Origin: Podarcis liolepis
Taxonomy: Eukaryota
Assembly (NCBI GenBank): GCA_965112155.1
Contig: OZ218105.1
Length of the DNA stretch: 64,000 nt
Reading direction: 5' to 3' (one strand)
A program made the translations under genes and the position numbers. The notes under the pieces are model-generated. The model did not search any database and was not told where the DNA came from. It was given only the letters and a program-made list of their open reading frames with translations. This document shows, piece after piece, positions 36,101 to 48,100 of the stretch. Position 1 is the stretch's first letter. The number at the start of each line of letters is the position of its first letter.

Positions 36101-39100
36101 TCTTGCTTGAAAATGTTATTCAGTTGGCAAAACAGCAGGGCTCTATTTAGCATATCCTGACAACAGTCAACAACCTGAAATGCTGGGTAATTTAGGGGAT
36201 GGCAGCAATGTTCTGCTTTTAAAATGTAAAAAACATCTTTATTACAGAATGCTGTAGCATGGCGGTGTTTCACATTTTCTAAGGAACCAGTTAACGCTTC
36301 TGTTAGTTTGCTCCCTACTTGTGACATTTCCCAGCGAGCAGCTCCATCGGTGATATCCCATGTAATGAATGCAAGAACTGATGGGCAAGTAAGTCACTAT
36401 AAACCAAATGAATATAGTTGAATTAACCAAAATAGTATTTATCCCTAAATGCTTAGCCGAAAGTTTGCTTTTAGTAACAGAGTTTTTATTTGGGAAGCAT
36501 TTGCCTAAGATCCAGGACAAAGCACCACCTTTCAAAAATTCCCCTGTATGTCAATTCTGCCTTTGAAATCCCGGTAGTTTCTGGGAAAATCTGGACGTAT
36601 GGCAGCCCTAGTATTGGGGACATCCGTCTTTCACTTAAATTGGTGGTGTGCTTTTCTTTGCCAGTCATGATCAGTTGTGTTCAGGTGAGCACAGAACCAT
36701 TTACACCACAAAAGAGCCCTTCTCTCTTCCTACTGTATCTGTAGTTTAGGGTAGTAAAGACTTAAAGCCATGGTCTTTTAAAATATGATTCTGCTTGAAG
36801 ATTGTAGCTGATCAATGTTTCAACCATAATCAATTCTTAAAGTTAAAAATGTTTCATTCAACACAAATGTCTTTCTTTCCAGGAGCCTGATGTTCTAGTA
36901 GTGTGGGTTCAGTTCCATGCACCGAGCAAATGCATCACTTCAGGTATAGATCTGCTATCTTATGAAATCGATGTACAGTGGTACCTTGGTTGTCAAACTT
37001 AATCCGTTCCGGGAGTCCATTCGATTTCTGGAACCATTCAAAAACCAAGGTGTGGCTTCCAATTGGATGCCGGAGATTCCTGCACTCAGTTGGATGCCGC
37101 GGAAGCTGCGTTGGAAGTTCAGCTTCCAAAAAATGTTCACAAACCGGAACACTTCCGGGTTTGCGGCGTTCGGGAGCCGATTTGTTTGGGAGCCAAGCCG
37201 TTTGACAACCAAGGTACTACTGTACAATATTAAGAATCTGTGTTAGTCCAGCAGACCAGAATTCTGCTTGAAATAATATTCATGAGTCCAACCAATATTC
37301 AAAATCTAGTATGCAGAGCTTTTGCTACTCAGAACTTTCAAATCTCTTTGCAGTTAGATTTTTTTAAAGATTTAAATGAACAAAGTATCATGTGAATAAG
37401 GCTCATGTGTTTGGAGACCCAGGCAGAAAAGAGCCAAAATAGTATTTATCATTAAATGCTTAGCTGAAAGTTTGCTTTTAGTAACAGAGTCACACCTGCT
37501 TAGCAAATTAAGGTCTGTGATATTTGATATCATGCTATGTGATGAATAGCTCTCACATTAGATATTCAAGAAGCATTAAAATGTTTGAACCTGTGCATAA
37601 ACGTTAACATACCAAATCCCTGTTTGCAGATTTTCATACTTAGGTCTGCAAGTGCTGACTCGTGTCATACCTAGGTTAAAGAAGGCAATGTGCTAGGATT
37701 TCAAGTTTCATGGACGTTCTGGGCCAGGCAGTAATGGGCAAGCACTTAAGAAATGTATATAAGCATGTGCCATAAGCTGTGCTGTCCCTTGTATTCATTG
37801 TAATGCATGCCTTTTAATGTGAGGCATGTCAAGCATGCATTAAGCTTTGTAGAAAAGCTGGTCCATTTTACCTTGAGTCACTATCTTTTGTTGAGGCTGG
37901 AAGCCAAAAATGTATCACTTCAACCAGTTGTATGATGTACTCTGCATGCTGAAACACCTTTGAGGTATGCCGAAGCCCTGCTTCAACATATCTTTTAGGA
38001 TGTATTTCATTATTGCTGTTTCCATTCATTTGCTGCTTTGAAGGCCAGTTGTAGCATTTTGAAATGGAGAGCTTTGCTTAAACAGACCAATATTGATGTA
38101 AAATACTACCATAGCACCAGACACATTCTAATTTGACATCACAGTTGGGTAGTTACGGTAAATGTTGATAATACTTTGTGTCAAAGCTCATTCTAGAACA
38201 AATCATAACATTTTACACTTGATCAATCTTATTCTTTGCACTTACTTTATTCAGATTCTTTGGGCCCTGCAGATGAGTATTTTGCAAGAATTGATGTGGA
38301 GGTTGATTGTCCAGAGCCTGCTAAAATTTTAAGTATACCTCTGCATGCAAGATCTGGAACTCCTAGGATATATGCTCCAAAAGGCCTTCAGGTACATTTC
38401 CCCAAACTATCTTTTGTGATACAGCTTATTTCTTTCTATATTTCACTTCTAACTTTCGCTTGAAACCTATATTTTCTAGACTTTATATATGTCTGCGAGG
38501 ATGGGATTATCAACAAGGCAGCAGTTGCCATTAAAGAACGCTGGGAATATTAAAGTTGACTTGAAAATCCTGGTAGGTTACCTTACTTTTCCAAGGAATA
38601 GTTCTGAAATTACTGTCAACCAAATCAGTCTAACTTAATCAGTACATAATAGAAAGAGAGTCCAATTCACTCTTTCCTGGCAAAAATTTTAAAGTGCAAA
38701 TTGATATTGCAGTCTTACCAACAATTTCAGAGGGGATCATTGTTCCCATTTTGCTTTTGTCAGCTGGACTTAGTCAACTGGACTCACCCACAGTGGAAAG
38801 TGGAGTATAGGGCCTAATCCCCTGGTGCCTGCTTCTGAGACAAGAGAAATAATAGACAGCTTCCATGTTGCTGCTATGTTGGGCAGAAAGAAGACAGCTG
38901 CTCAAGTAGTTCTGCCATAGCATCATCTACTTATGTGTGTAGGGGGCTGGGTTAGTAATGTGATTTTATTTCTAAAGCCACATGGTTGGCCACTAGAAAG
39001 CTCTTGCACTATGTGGATGCTACATAACCCTTGGCACATCCTGGTGAGAATCTCAGCATTCCTGCTAAGATCCTCCCTTTGAGGTACAGCTTAGGAAATC

Positions 39101-42100
39101 ATGGCAACTATGCATGTATCTTAACTGATATCTATGAAGTGGTTTGGAGTCAGCATTTTTAATTGAGCTCAGAAACTATAACTGATCAGAACAGAATAAT
39201 AGCCATATAATTTGATCTAACTAAGGACTTTGGTTACAACACTGTAATTCACTTTTGCACCACTTGGAGCTTCTAAATTTTCTTCAAAGGCATCTCCGTG
39301 AAGGGTATCTTATGTGTTGTAATTTGGATACAACTAGGACATTATTGTATCGGGCAAAATGCAGTTTCTCTAGGAAATATATCTTTCGTAGCAGCCAGTG
39401 GAGACAAAGAGTATTCCTGGCTACCATTGTCACCTGAGGATCAAAGGATGACACCTTGAAGTAACACTATTCATTTCTAGGCACTTGAGCCAGATAGCGG
39501 CATTTCTGTCAATCCAGAGGACCTGGTTCTTATACCTGGGGAGGAACAAGAAGTGACAGTTGTGTTTTCTCCAAAGGACTATAGAAATGCTGAAAGGTAA
39601 AGCAACCTAATTGGCCCAATTATATTAAGTAGAAATTCTTTTTACAGAACTTATAACTTGATGCTTTATTTTAATAGTGTTTTAAAAATCTTGGTGCTGC
39701 CATCTGGACCAGAATATAAAGTGACTGTAAAAGGCGAAGTGACTGCAGTGGAGAGCAAACCTTTGGTACAGAAATACCCCAGTTCAGAAGTTCCCCCCAT
39801 CCTAGCTAACAAGCAGTTTCTGACATGGGGAGGTATACAGCTTGGCAGAACAGTGTAAGTACCAAGAAAAAAGATATTCAGTGCATGATTGCTGGTGGTA
39901 CATAAAGCGTGAATCAATTTTTCTTTCAGGAGTATAAAAAACAGGCAACTCCCATTTTGCGTACATTGAAAGCATGCACCATTTTCAAACCCAGAAGAGA
40001 GCAGGGTGGGTTTATGCACGTTCTGCCAACATACTCAATGACCTAGAATGCAACCCCCATGCAAATCAGGGTTGCCGGCAATGCATTGTTCAAACATGGT
40101 GATGCTCGGATCCAGGGAGTCCCTGCATAAGCAGAACTGTCTTTGCCGTGTCCACAGTCAGGTTTGGTGATATCCCTCACTATTCCAAATGACCATCAGA
40201 AGCAGCATTTAGGGATGTGTGAGAGACTACAGTGTCACTGTCTTTCTCTTACTGAGCTTCAGTATATTGGTCTTCATCCAGTACATTCCTGTGGGCAAGT
40301 ACCACTGTAAATAGATAAAATACCTGGCAGCTGGCAACCCTTTTTAACAGAAAAAACAAAGCACCCCCTAAATGGCACACAAAATTTACTGTTGGATATG
40401 CCTGCCTTCTCAGCATTGTACCCTTTGCTGTACATTTAGGAGCAAGCGCATGCTGTACATAAATAGCCAAAACTTTAGACTGTTGATAAGGTTCTAAATA
40501 TGTCTTATGGAAAATAACACTATTATAACTGAGTAAAATCACAGGTGTACAGCTAGACCAACTAATTCTTCACTAGATTTCCTTGGATTTACCATGCTGT
40601 AATTCTTGGTGGATTATCAGGGCAACTGTTCATAAATATAAGCAAATTACTATGAAACGTTAAAATTTCTATATTTTTTCAGTCAGCAGAAGCTAATCCT
40701 GAGAAATAACTCTCCATCTATTACTCAGCAGTTAAGATTGCTGATAAGGGGTCAAGATCAGGACTGTTTTCAAGTAAGTAATGCAAAACTGAAACTGTTT
40801 ATATAAATTCAGATTCAAATATACTTGGTATTTGAAACTGAAGCTAGGATTTATTTTAATATTCTCACTGAAATAAGCCTTCAAATGGTATAGTCTTAGT
40901 CTGCCATCCTGTACACAGTTACTTCAGAGTAAATCTCATCAAATTCAGTTGGACTTTATCAGCACATACAGGAGAGTACAGTGGACATGATTTCAAATTT
41001 TAAATTTCTGAAATGTTGGTTTTGTTATGCCAGTGTCCCTCTTACAGCAGTATTTGCTGCTAGTTTTGTTGTATCAGACTTAAGAATCTTGAATTTTTCT
41101 TTAACATACTCTGCATTTCACAGAGCAATGTTATAGTAGAAAATATTCAGCAGCTTTTAAAACCACAAATTTGAAAAAAATGACCAAACTTAAGATTCTT
41201 ATAACTAGGGATGGAGAACAGGATGAGGTGATCATCCTAATTTCATGTGGGTCGGTGGGGGAATCCCAAAGGGAGAGAAGGAAGTTCAAAGAAAGAGAGG
41301 GTGCCAATTTGAATGGAGCCATCAGTTTAGCCATTTACACATTCTTCCTGTATTGAGATTTATCTCTGTGCATGGAAAACGTTGCATGTAATGAATAAAA
41401 AACACTTATTCTTACTATGTCAGCATTTCCATAGAGTGGCATACCTCAGAGGTCATAGAATTAGTGGAGCAAATTATTTGGGTTTAAACTGTTCATTAAA
41501 ATCTTAACTCTTCTAAATTAATTTTATGAATTAAATTAATTTGCTGTGTGAATTTTCTTGCATATTTGCAGTTGAAACTTGGAGAGCATGTGTACAATAA
41601 TTGTGAAATCAAGATTCGTCCAAAACATGATTATTGTGTCTGTCTAATGTTTACACCAACTCGATTAACCTGTATGTATGCAAAGCTTGAAATGAAACAG
41701 CTTGGTCTTCTATCTCAGCTAGGAATCAAGTTCACTGTAAGTTACTTTTTACACTGATCCTATTTCATGGGATGTTTCTGAATTTATTATGTTCATTTTT
41801 GCAGTAAGTCCTTCAGGATGTTTTGAAGTATCTTCTGACTGTAAGCCAGACAAAAAACTGACCACTATAACCTCCTTGGATTTTATTTTTTGTACTCCAG
41901 TAGTTTTCTTGATATTAAGGGTGGTAGAGAGTCTCTCCACATCTCAGTAACTCCCTTGCCTTGCACTTTGGATATCTTTTTCTTCGTGTTCTGGGTCTTT
42001 CAGTGTCTTAAGTCAGTCATTCCAGTAGCTCCCAAAGGAGCTTGCTTTCCTCACTTTTCTCAGTGGTGAAGGTGAGGGATGCCTTTGTGAAGAACCATTT

Positions 42101-45100
42101 CAGGGCACCATGAAATAGCTGTTCCCAACACAGCCAACTTCCTTCAACTTGCATCTGCCTGCCTGTAAAGATCCTGTTACTCATACACATCAGAAACCAG
42201 TCATTATTCTGCTTACTTAAGCTACTTTTACCCTGCTTTTCCATCATTTGGTCTTTAGGGTGTGCTACATATGAACATTTTAAAGAATTTTAGAATTATT
42301 TGATTGTTTTGAATATTAAAGTTGGGGATAATGAAACTGGGAGCAAGGTTATTTCAATTCTGGTTTTTCTAAATGTACGTTTTTCTTTCTTTCAGATACC
42401 ATTATATGGATATGGAGGAAATAGCAATCTGAGATTAGAAGATGTTAAAAAACACTGTAATAGATACATAGTGGGGCTGAATGATATAGCGGGGCTGAAT
42501 GGTAAAACAAGACAGGCTTCCTTTTCTGTACAAAATACAGGGAGTCGGGCTGCGTACGTGAAAGCACTGTGCTTTAAGAACTCAAGTGAAATAATTGTTA
42601 TGGATCCAAATGTGATGAGAGTTTCCCCAGAAAAGTTTGTTCTTCAGGAAAGTTCACAGCAGGTAATATGAAAGCCACAATATATATATATTACGCAAGA
42701 CCTATAAAATGTGTAAGCTGTTAACATTCCCCCCACCCACCCAAAAATGTGCCATAAAATCTTGCTTTGTGTTTGTGAATCTTACATATAATTCAAACAA
42801 TTGTGCCACAAATTAATTTACCAAAATTTGACTGTTTCCTCTCAGAAAGTTACAGTAACATATAATTCAACTGAAGATCAAAATAATTCACCAGTGTTGT
42901 CTACAATTTGTTTTGTCTATGGAGATGAAATTTTGAGACAGCAGTATCGCAGGTAAGGCTAAATGTTTTTTGAGAAATGACAAGTATATTCATTACTATC
43001 TGTTCTTAAGAAATAAGAAGCAGATGGTTAGAATGGATATTTAAAGAGTAAAAGTGTTTTTTTTTATATTGGCTGTTAAATATTACTACAGAGCTTTTCA
43101 AACTGTGTGTCATGAAACATTGGTGTGTCGGCTGTGTCACGCAAATGCTCCCCACGCTGCTCCCGGGGCTAGAAAGGGGTTAGTTTAACCTCCAGTTGCT
43201 AGTAAAACTGAATTACTGTGTCGTGAAAGACGACTGTGTCGTCTAAAATGGGTGTCACCAACATGAAAAGTTTGGAAAGCTCTGTATTAGTGGTTATTAA
43301 ATAACATAGCCAACTCTGTGTTCAAAGATCAACAGTCACTGGTATCAAGAACAGGAACAAGTTCACTTTTTTGGATTATAAAATCCCTTATTGTAAAATA
43401 CGTTTGCAAAAGGTTTGGAAAAGACTGGAGTATGCAGCTGTGTTCAGCACTCAGATTTGCTTCATTTTCTGGCTATGGCAGGTTAGCACTTGAGGGTGTT
43501 AGAATGTCTTTGTTTTTAGTCCTGCTCCCTCTCCCCTTGTGCATGGTAGTCAAATGCTTCGTAACAAGTTGCTAACTTCCAACAATCCCACAATGAACAT
43601 GTAAGAGCAATGCATCTAGGAAACAGACATATGTAGGTGTTTCCCTCTTCCCTGCAACATAACCAAAGTAGTTCCTATTGTCTGGCCTAATTTGAGCTTG
43701 CTGGGCACAATGTTTGTGGGCCCATAAACTTTCTCTGTTGTTAGTAGCAGGCCATTATATGTGGTCATTGTCAGTGCTGCTTCTCCCCTCCCCTTTGTCC
43801 TCTGTTATGTGCAGACAAATCAGTAGTAGTTGGACTCTCCACAGACCAGTGGAAGGCAAGATTATACTTCCAGAGTTCTAACTCTGTGTGGTTCTTTAAC
43901 CAGCATACTGGACATCTGGGGCAGATGATTGCTGGAAGGAAACTTTTGGACACATTTGTGGAAGGGTGATTGAGTTACGTTATGTTTCTCATTGGGAATA
44001 AGAAGCTGATCAGATGTAGTCCCTAAGCACACTGCAGTGCATAAATGCTTTTAAAGTGGGGTAATTGGATTGAATGCTTTACAGAGTATTTTAGTGTCTT
44101 TGTTAAATGCTTCTTCATAACGTTAATGAGACCTGAAAACTCTCAATTGTCTACTCAGAGCTGTACAGCAAAGTCCAGAGCAAGTGCAAAAAATGCTTCC
44201 TGCTAATAATCCTGTGATAAATGTAAAGTTTGATGAAGAATTCCCTGGGGAAGAGCTGGTGACTGAAGGTAAGCTTGACCACCCTGAGAATATCTACTTG
44301 TTTGTATATTTGATTTCTCGCCATTCTTTAGATGTATTTCAAATTTAGCTTTCACTACCACTTTCCCTGCTGATCAGAAGTTCGGTGGTTTGAATCCCCG
44401 TGACAGCGTGAGCTCCGTTGCTCGGTCCCTGCTCCTGCCAACCTAGCAGTTCGAAAGCACGTCAAAGTGCAAGTAGATAAATAGGTACTGCTGCGGCAGG
44501 AAGGTAAACGGCGTTTCCGTGCGCTGCTCTGGTTTGCCAGAAGCGGCTTAGTCATGCTGTCCACATGACCTGGAAGCTGTACGCCGGCTCCCTTGGCCAA
44601 TAAAGCGAGATGAGCGCCGCAACCCCAGAGTCGTCTGCAACTGGACCTAATAGTCAGGGGTCCCTTTACCTTTACCTTTACCTTTACCACTTTCCCTTAT
44701 TCAAATGATTATATTCTTGCAATCTGGTTATCATCATGCAGGTGCTAGTGGAGCTGGGTTGTTTTTAACGTGGTTGATAGTAGGGGATATTGTGGTGGCG
44801 CAGGTCTTCTCACCTGACCTCTAGTCCATCACGTTGCTGCTGTTTATGCCCCCAGACCTCACAGCCTCCTTACCCTCCCAGGAAGCAACACCTATGCGAC
44901 CTGCTGGAAGTCAAGTGAGCAGCCCATTTCACTGTCCAATACTGGTTGAGAAATCAACCATGCAGCCATCTCTGTCCTCTCCATAGCAAATCTTTTCTCT
45001 CTCCCATCTCCCATTGTCATTCCTCCAATGCTATTTAGGATTCCCTTTTCATCTGCCTTTGGCAGCAGTAGTTGCTTGATCTTGCTCTAATTCTAGCCAT

Positions 45101-48100
45101 AACTTTTTAATACGTTTCTGAAGCTTGCATCATTCATGTCACCTTTACAACATTAGCTTTTATCCTAAATGTACATATTTGGAAGTTCCATTTGAAATCA
45201 GTGGGAATTACTTACCTTGTGTATCTGCTGGGTGGCTGGTGATGGACTATGTCCATTTTCTCTTTTAACTTCTAAAGAATTTGAAAAGGTCCAGGAATGC
45301 AATTACTGTCTGTAAAGACGGTAATAACCCAGTTGATTAGTCTGTCATTAGTCACCAATCTTCAGTAAATACTGCAGTTTGTTTTATTAATCCAGCTCTG
45401 CTTTTGATTTTTAAATGTCTTCTCTAGTATATGATCTTCCGCAACATTCGTTTGATATCCAGTACTTTTTCATGAACATGAGAAGGATTATTGTTTCGGC
45501 GGTTAATGCCTTCAGTAGTTCTGCTTTCGATATCAAGCCATCTTCAGTGCATCGTGTAGCACTAGAGAGGTAATTTTATTTGTCATTTTTTAGTATTTTC
45601 TGAAATACTGGTAAGCAGTTCCTCTACCTTGGTAAACTTTGAATATTCCAACAAAAATAAGAATTAAAAGGCTCTGAAATTAGGTCATAATGTGTAGTTA
45701 CCTGACTGGACTACTTCAGTGACTGGGGTCTGTATATAATCTTCCTTGGTGGTGGTGGGTGTTGATATGATTCCTGTGGAGTAATACATAGGGGAAAGGT
45801 TATGTTGGAACTGAAAATCATTTTCGAAATACTAAATTCATCTGCTAACTTTTAGTTGCTTTTTATCAGTTTTTATCTGTCTGAAACTCTGGCTAAGGCT
45901 AAGTAAGGCAAGGGTTTTTTATTTTCTTTTAGAAGGCAAGTTTTATACTGTGATATTTGCTTCTCTTGTCTCGTTTCCCAGTATTGGGTGTTGAACTGCT
46001 CTTTCTCTGTTTCATAGACCTGGTGTTCCTGAGAAATCCAATATGACTTTGGATGTACTACCTGTTAAAGGACCTCATGGTTGTGCATTGTCATCAAATG
46101 CTGATAGCATTGATGAAAATAAGCTTGTTTCCAAGGAAAACTGGACTCTTCAGCCTGAATTTCTAATTCTCACTGCTCCTTCTCAAAGTATGTTATTTTC
46201 ACACGTTTCAAGAACTGTTAAAAATATTCACCATGATATTTGTAACCTATACATTTCTTAGGATTGTTATGTGATAGATAGTATTACTGTGAGGCACAAT
46301 AATAAACTGAATTTGTTTGGGATTGGGAATATGTCTCCATGTATATAGAACTCTGTTGATAAATTGATCAAGATGCATAAATTCTGGAATTAAGAAAATT
46401 TATTTCTGTAGTAGAGATGACTTCAAAAGCTTACCTAAAAACTTTCAGTGGGATTTTCTGTGTTTTACAGATCTCCTTGTTACAGTCATACCTTGGTTCT
46501 GGAACGCCTTGTGACTTGAACGTTTTGGTTCCTGAATGCCACAAACCCGGAAGTGAGTATTCCGGTTTGTGAACATTTTTGGGAAGCCAAACGTCCAACG
46601 CAGCTTCTGATTGAGTGCAGGAAGCTCCTGCAGCCAATCAGAAGCCGTGTCTTGGTTTTTGAATGTTTTCGGAAGTTGATCGGAATTCTGGAACCGATTC
46701 CGTTCAAGAACCAAGATACGGCTGTAGTTCTAATTTGTTACAAGGAAGTAAAAGATTCCTTGTTTCAATGTTGGTAGCAAATCAGTTGCTGGCAGTCTAG
46801 TCAGTGGTTGTAAAGTTTCTACTTTCCAAAGTAACTCCAAACCCACTATTTAGATATCAATAAAGTAATACATGCTTTTTTCCTATAGCTGTATTATGTA
46901 AAAGCCTTTGATTCATTACTGCATGTGTAAATTTGGAAGTATCATTTGCATAATTGATACGGTTGTTAATGCTTTGTAAATAGCACTTAAATGTATTATA
47001 AGATAACTGAGAATTCATGCAATTCTTATCTCAAAAGGTGGCGCTGCGATTACTAAACATGCACAAATAAGTAACAACTCAAACAGGTCATTAACATTTG
47101 AGCTATCGTGGCCTGCTCACTGTCTGACAGTAACACCTCAGCATGGAACTATTGAACCAGGGTAAGTACTTCCATTGTTCATTACTTTTCCACATGATTC
47201 CATTAATTTGAAAACTGTCCTTTGCCGTAACTAAGGTTGCAATCCTATATCCACTCATGCACAACTAGTTTCTGTAGAATTCAATGGGACTTACATCTCA
47301 GTGCCATTGTATAGGATTGCACTGTCAGTCTGATTACATCCAGCTCTTGAGATAGCATGAAGGTGAAAGGGAAGGAATCTTTGTACAGTGGTGAAAAGAG
47401 TTTCTGGCTATGTCCATAGCGTCAAGCTTTTCTTTCCTAAAAGAATAAACAGCCTTATTTTTATTTATGCTGAGAAAAACCTTTAATTCTTAAGGATAAC
47501 CTAAAGTATTTGTGGTTAGCACAGAAAAAATTAATACTGTACGTATACAAGATATATGATTCAGATTGAGTTAGCAGTGCATTTCAGTTTTTTTATGAGC
47601 GGACTATACTATGATACATTTAAATAACTTAAAGTTAGAGCCTCTCTCACACATGACTTCATAGTCTTCTATGAAAAATGCTGCAGCCATATGATCTGAA
47701 GCTGATATATTGCACCTACCACAATAATAATTATACAGTTGGCAAGGATATTGTCACCCCACTTGATATTTTGCTTCTGATAGTGTTGTATCATAGACCT
47801 AATAATTCTAGCCCTGTGTACATGGCAGGCGCACTGGTGATTGAAACATCGCTATGTGAGTTTTCCCTTGTCCTTATGAAGCTAGACTTGTAGATAGGCA
47901 TGGGTTTGCAATTCCTCAGATTAAATTAATAGAATACTAAAATTTCATCTATTGTGTACAAAAAAGTCAAGAAGAACAGTAACCAGATCTAATAATGAAA
48001 CATTGATTTCATTTAGCATATTAAAATTAATGCACTGGATGTCTTATTTCTAGAAACAACATTTCAATTTATGTGAGTCCAAATCCATCACTCGCAGAAA

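Larger units (their letters stand above)
36427..37490 (+). repeat. 57-bp direct repeat pair (36427-36483 and 37434-37490), 54/57 identical
   Basis: CCAAAATAGTATTTATC..TAAATGCTTAGC.GAAAGTTTGCTTTTAGTAACAGAGT occurs twice, 1007 bp apart. Confidence 0.9.
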
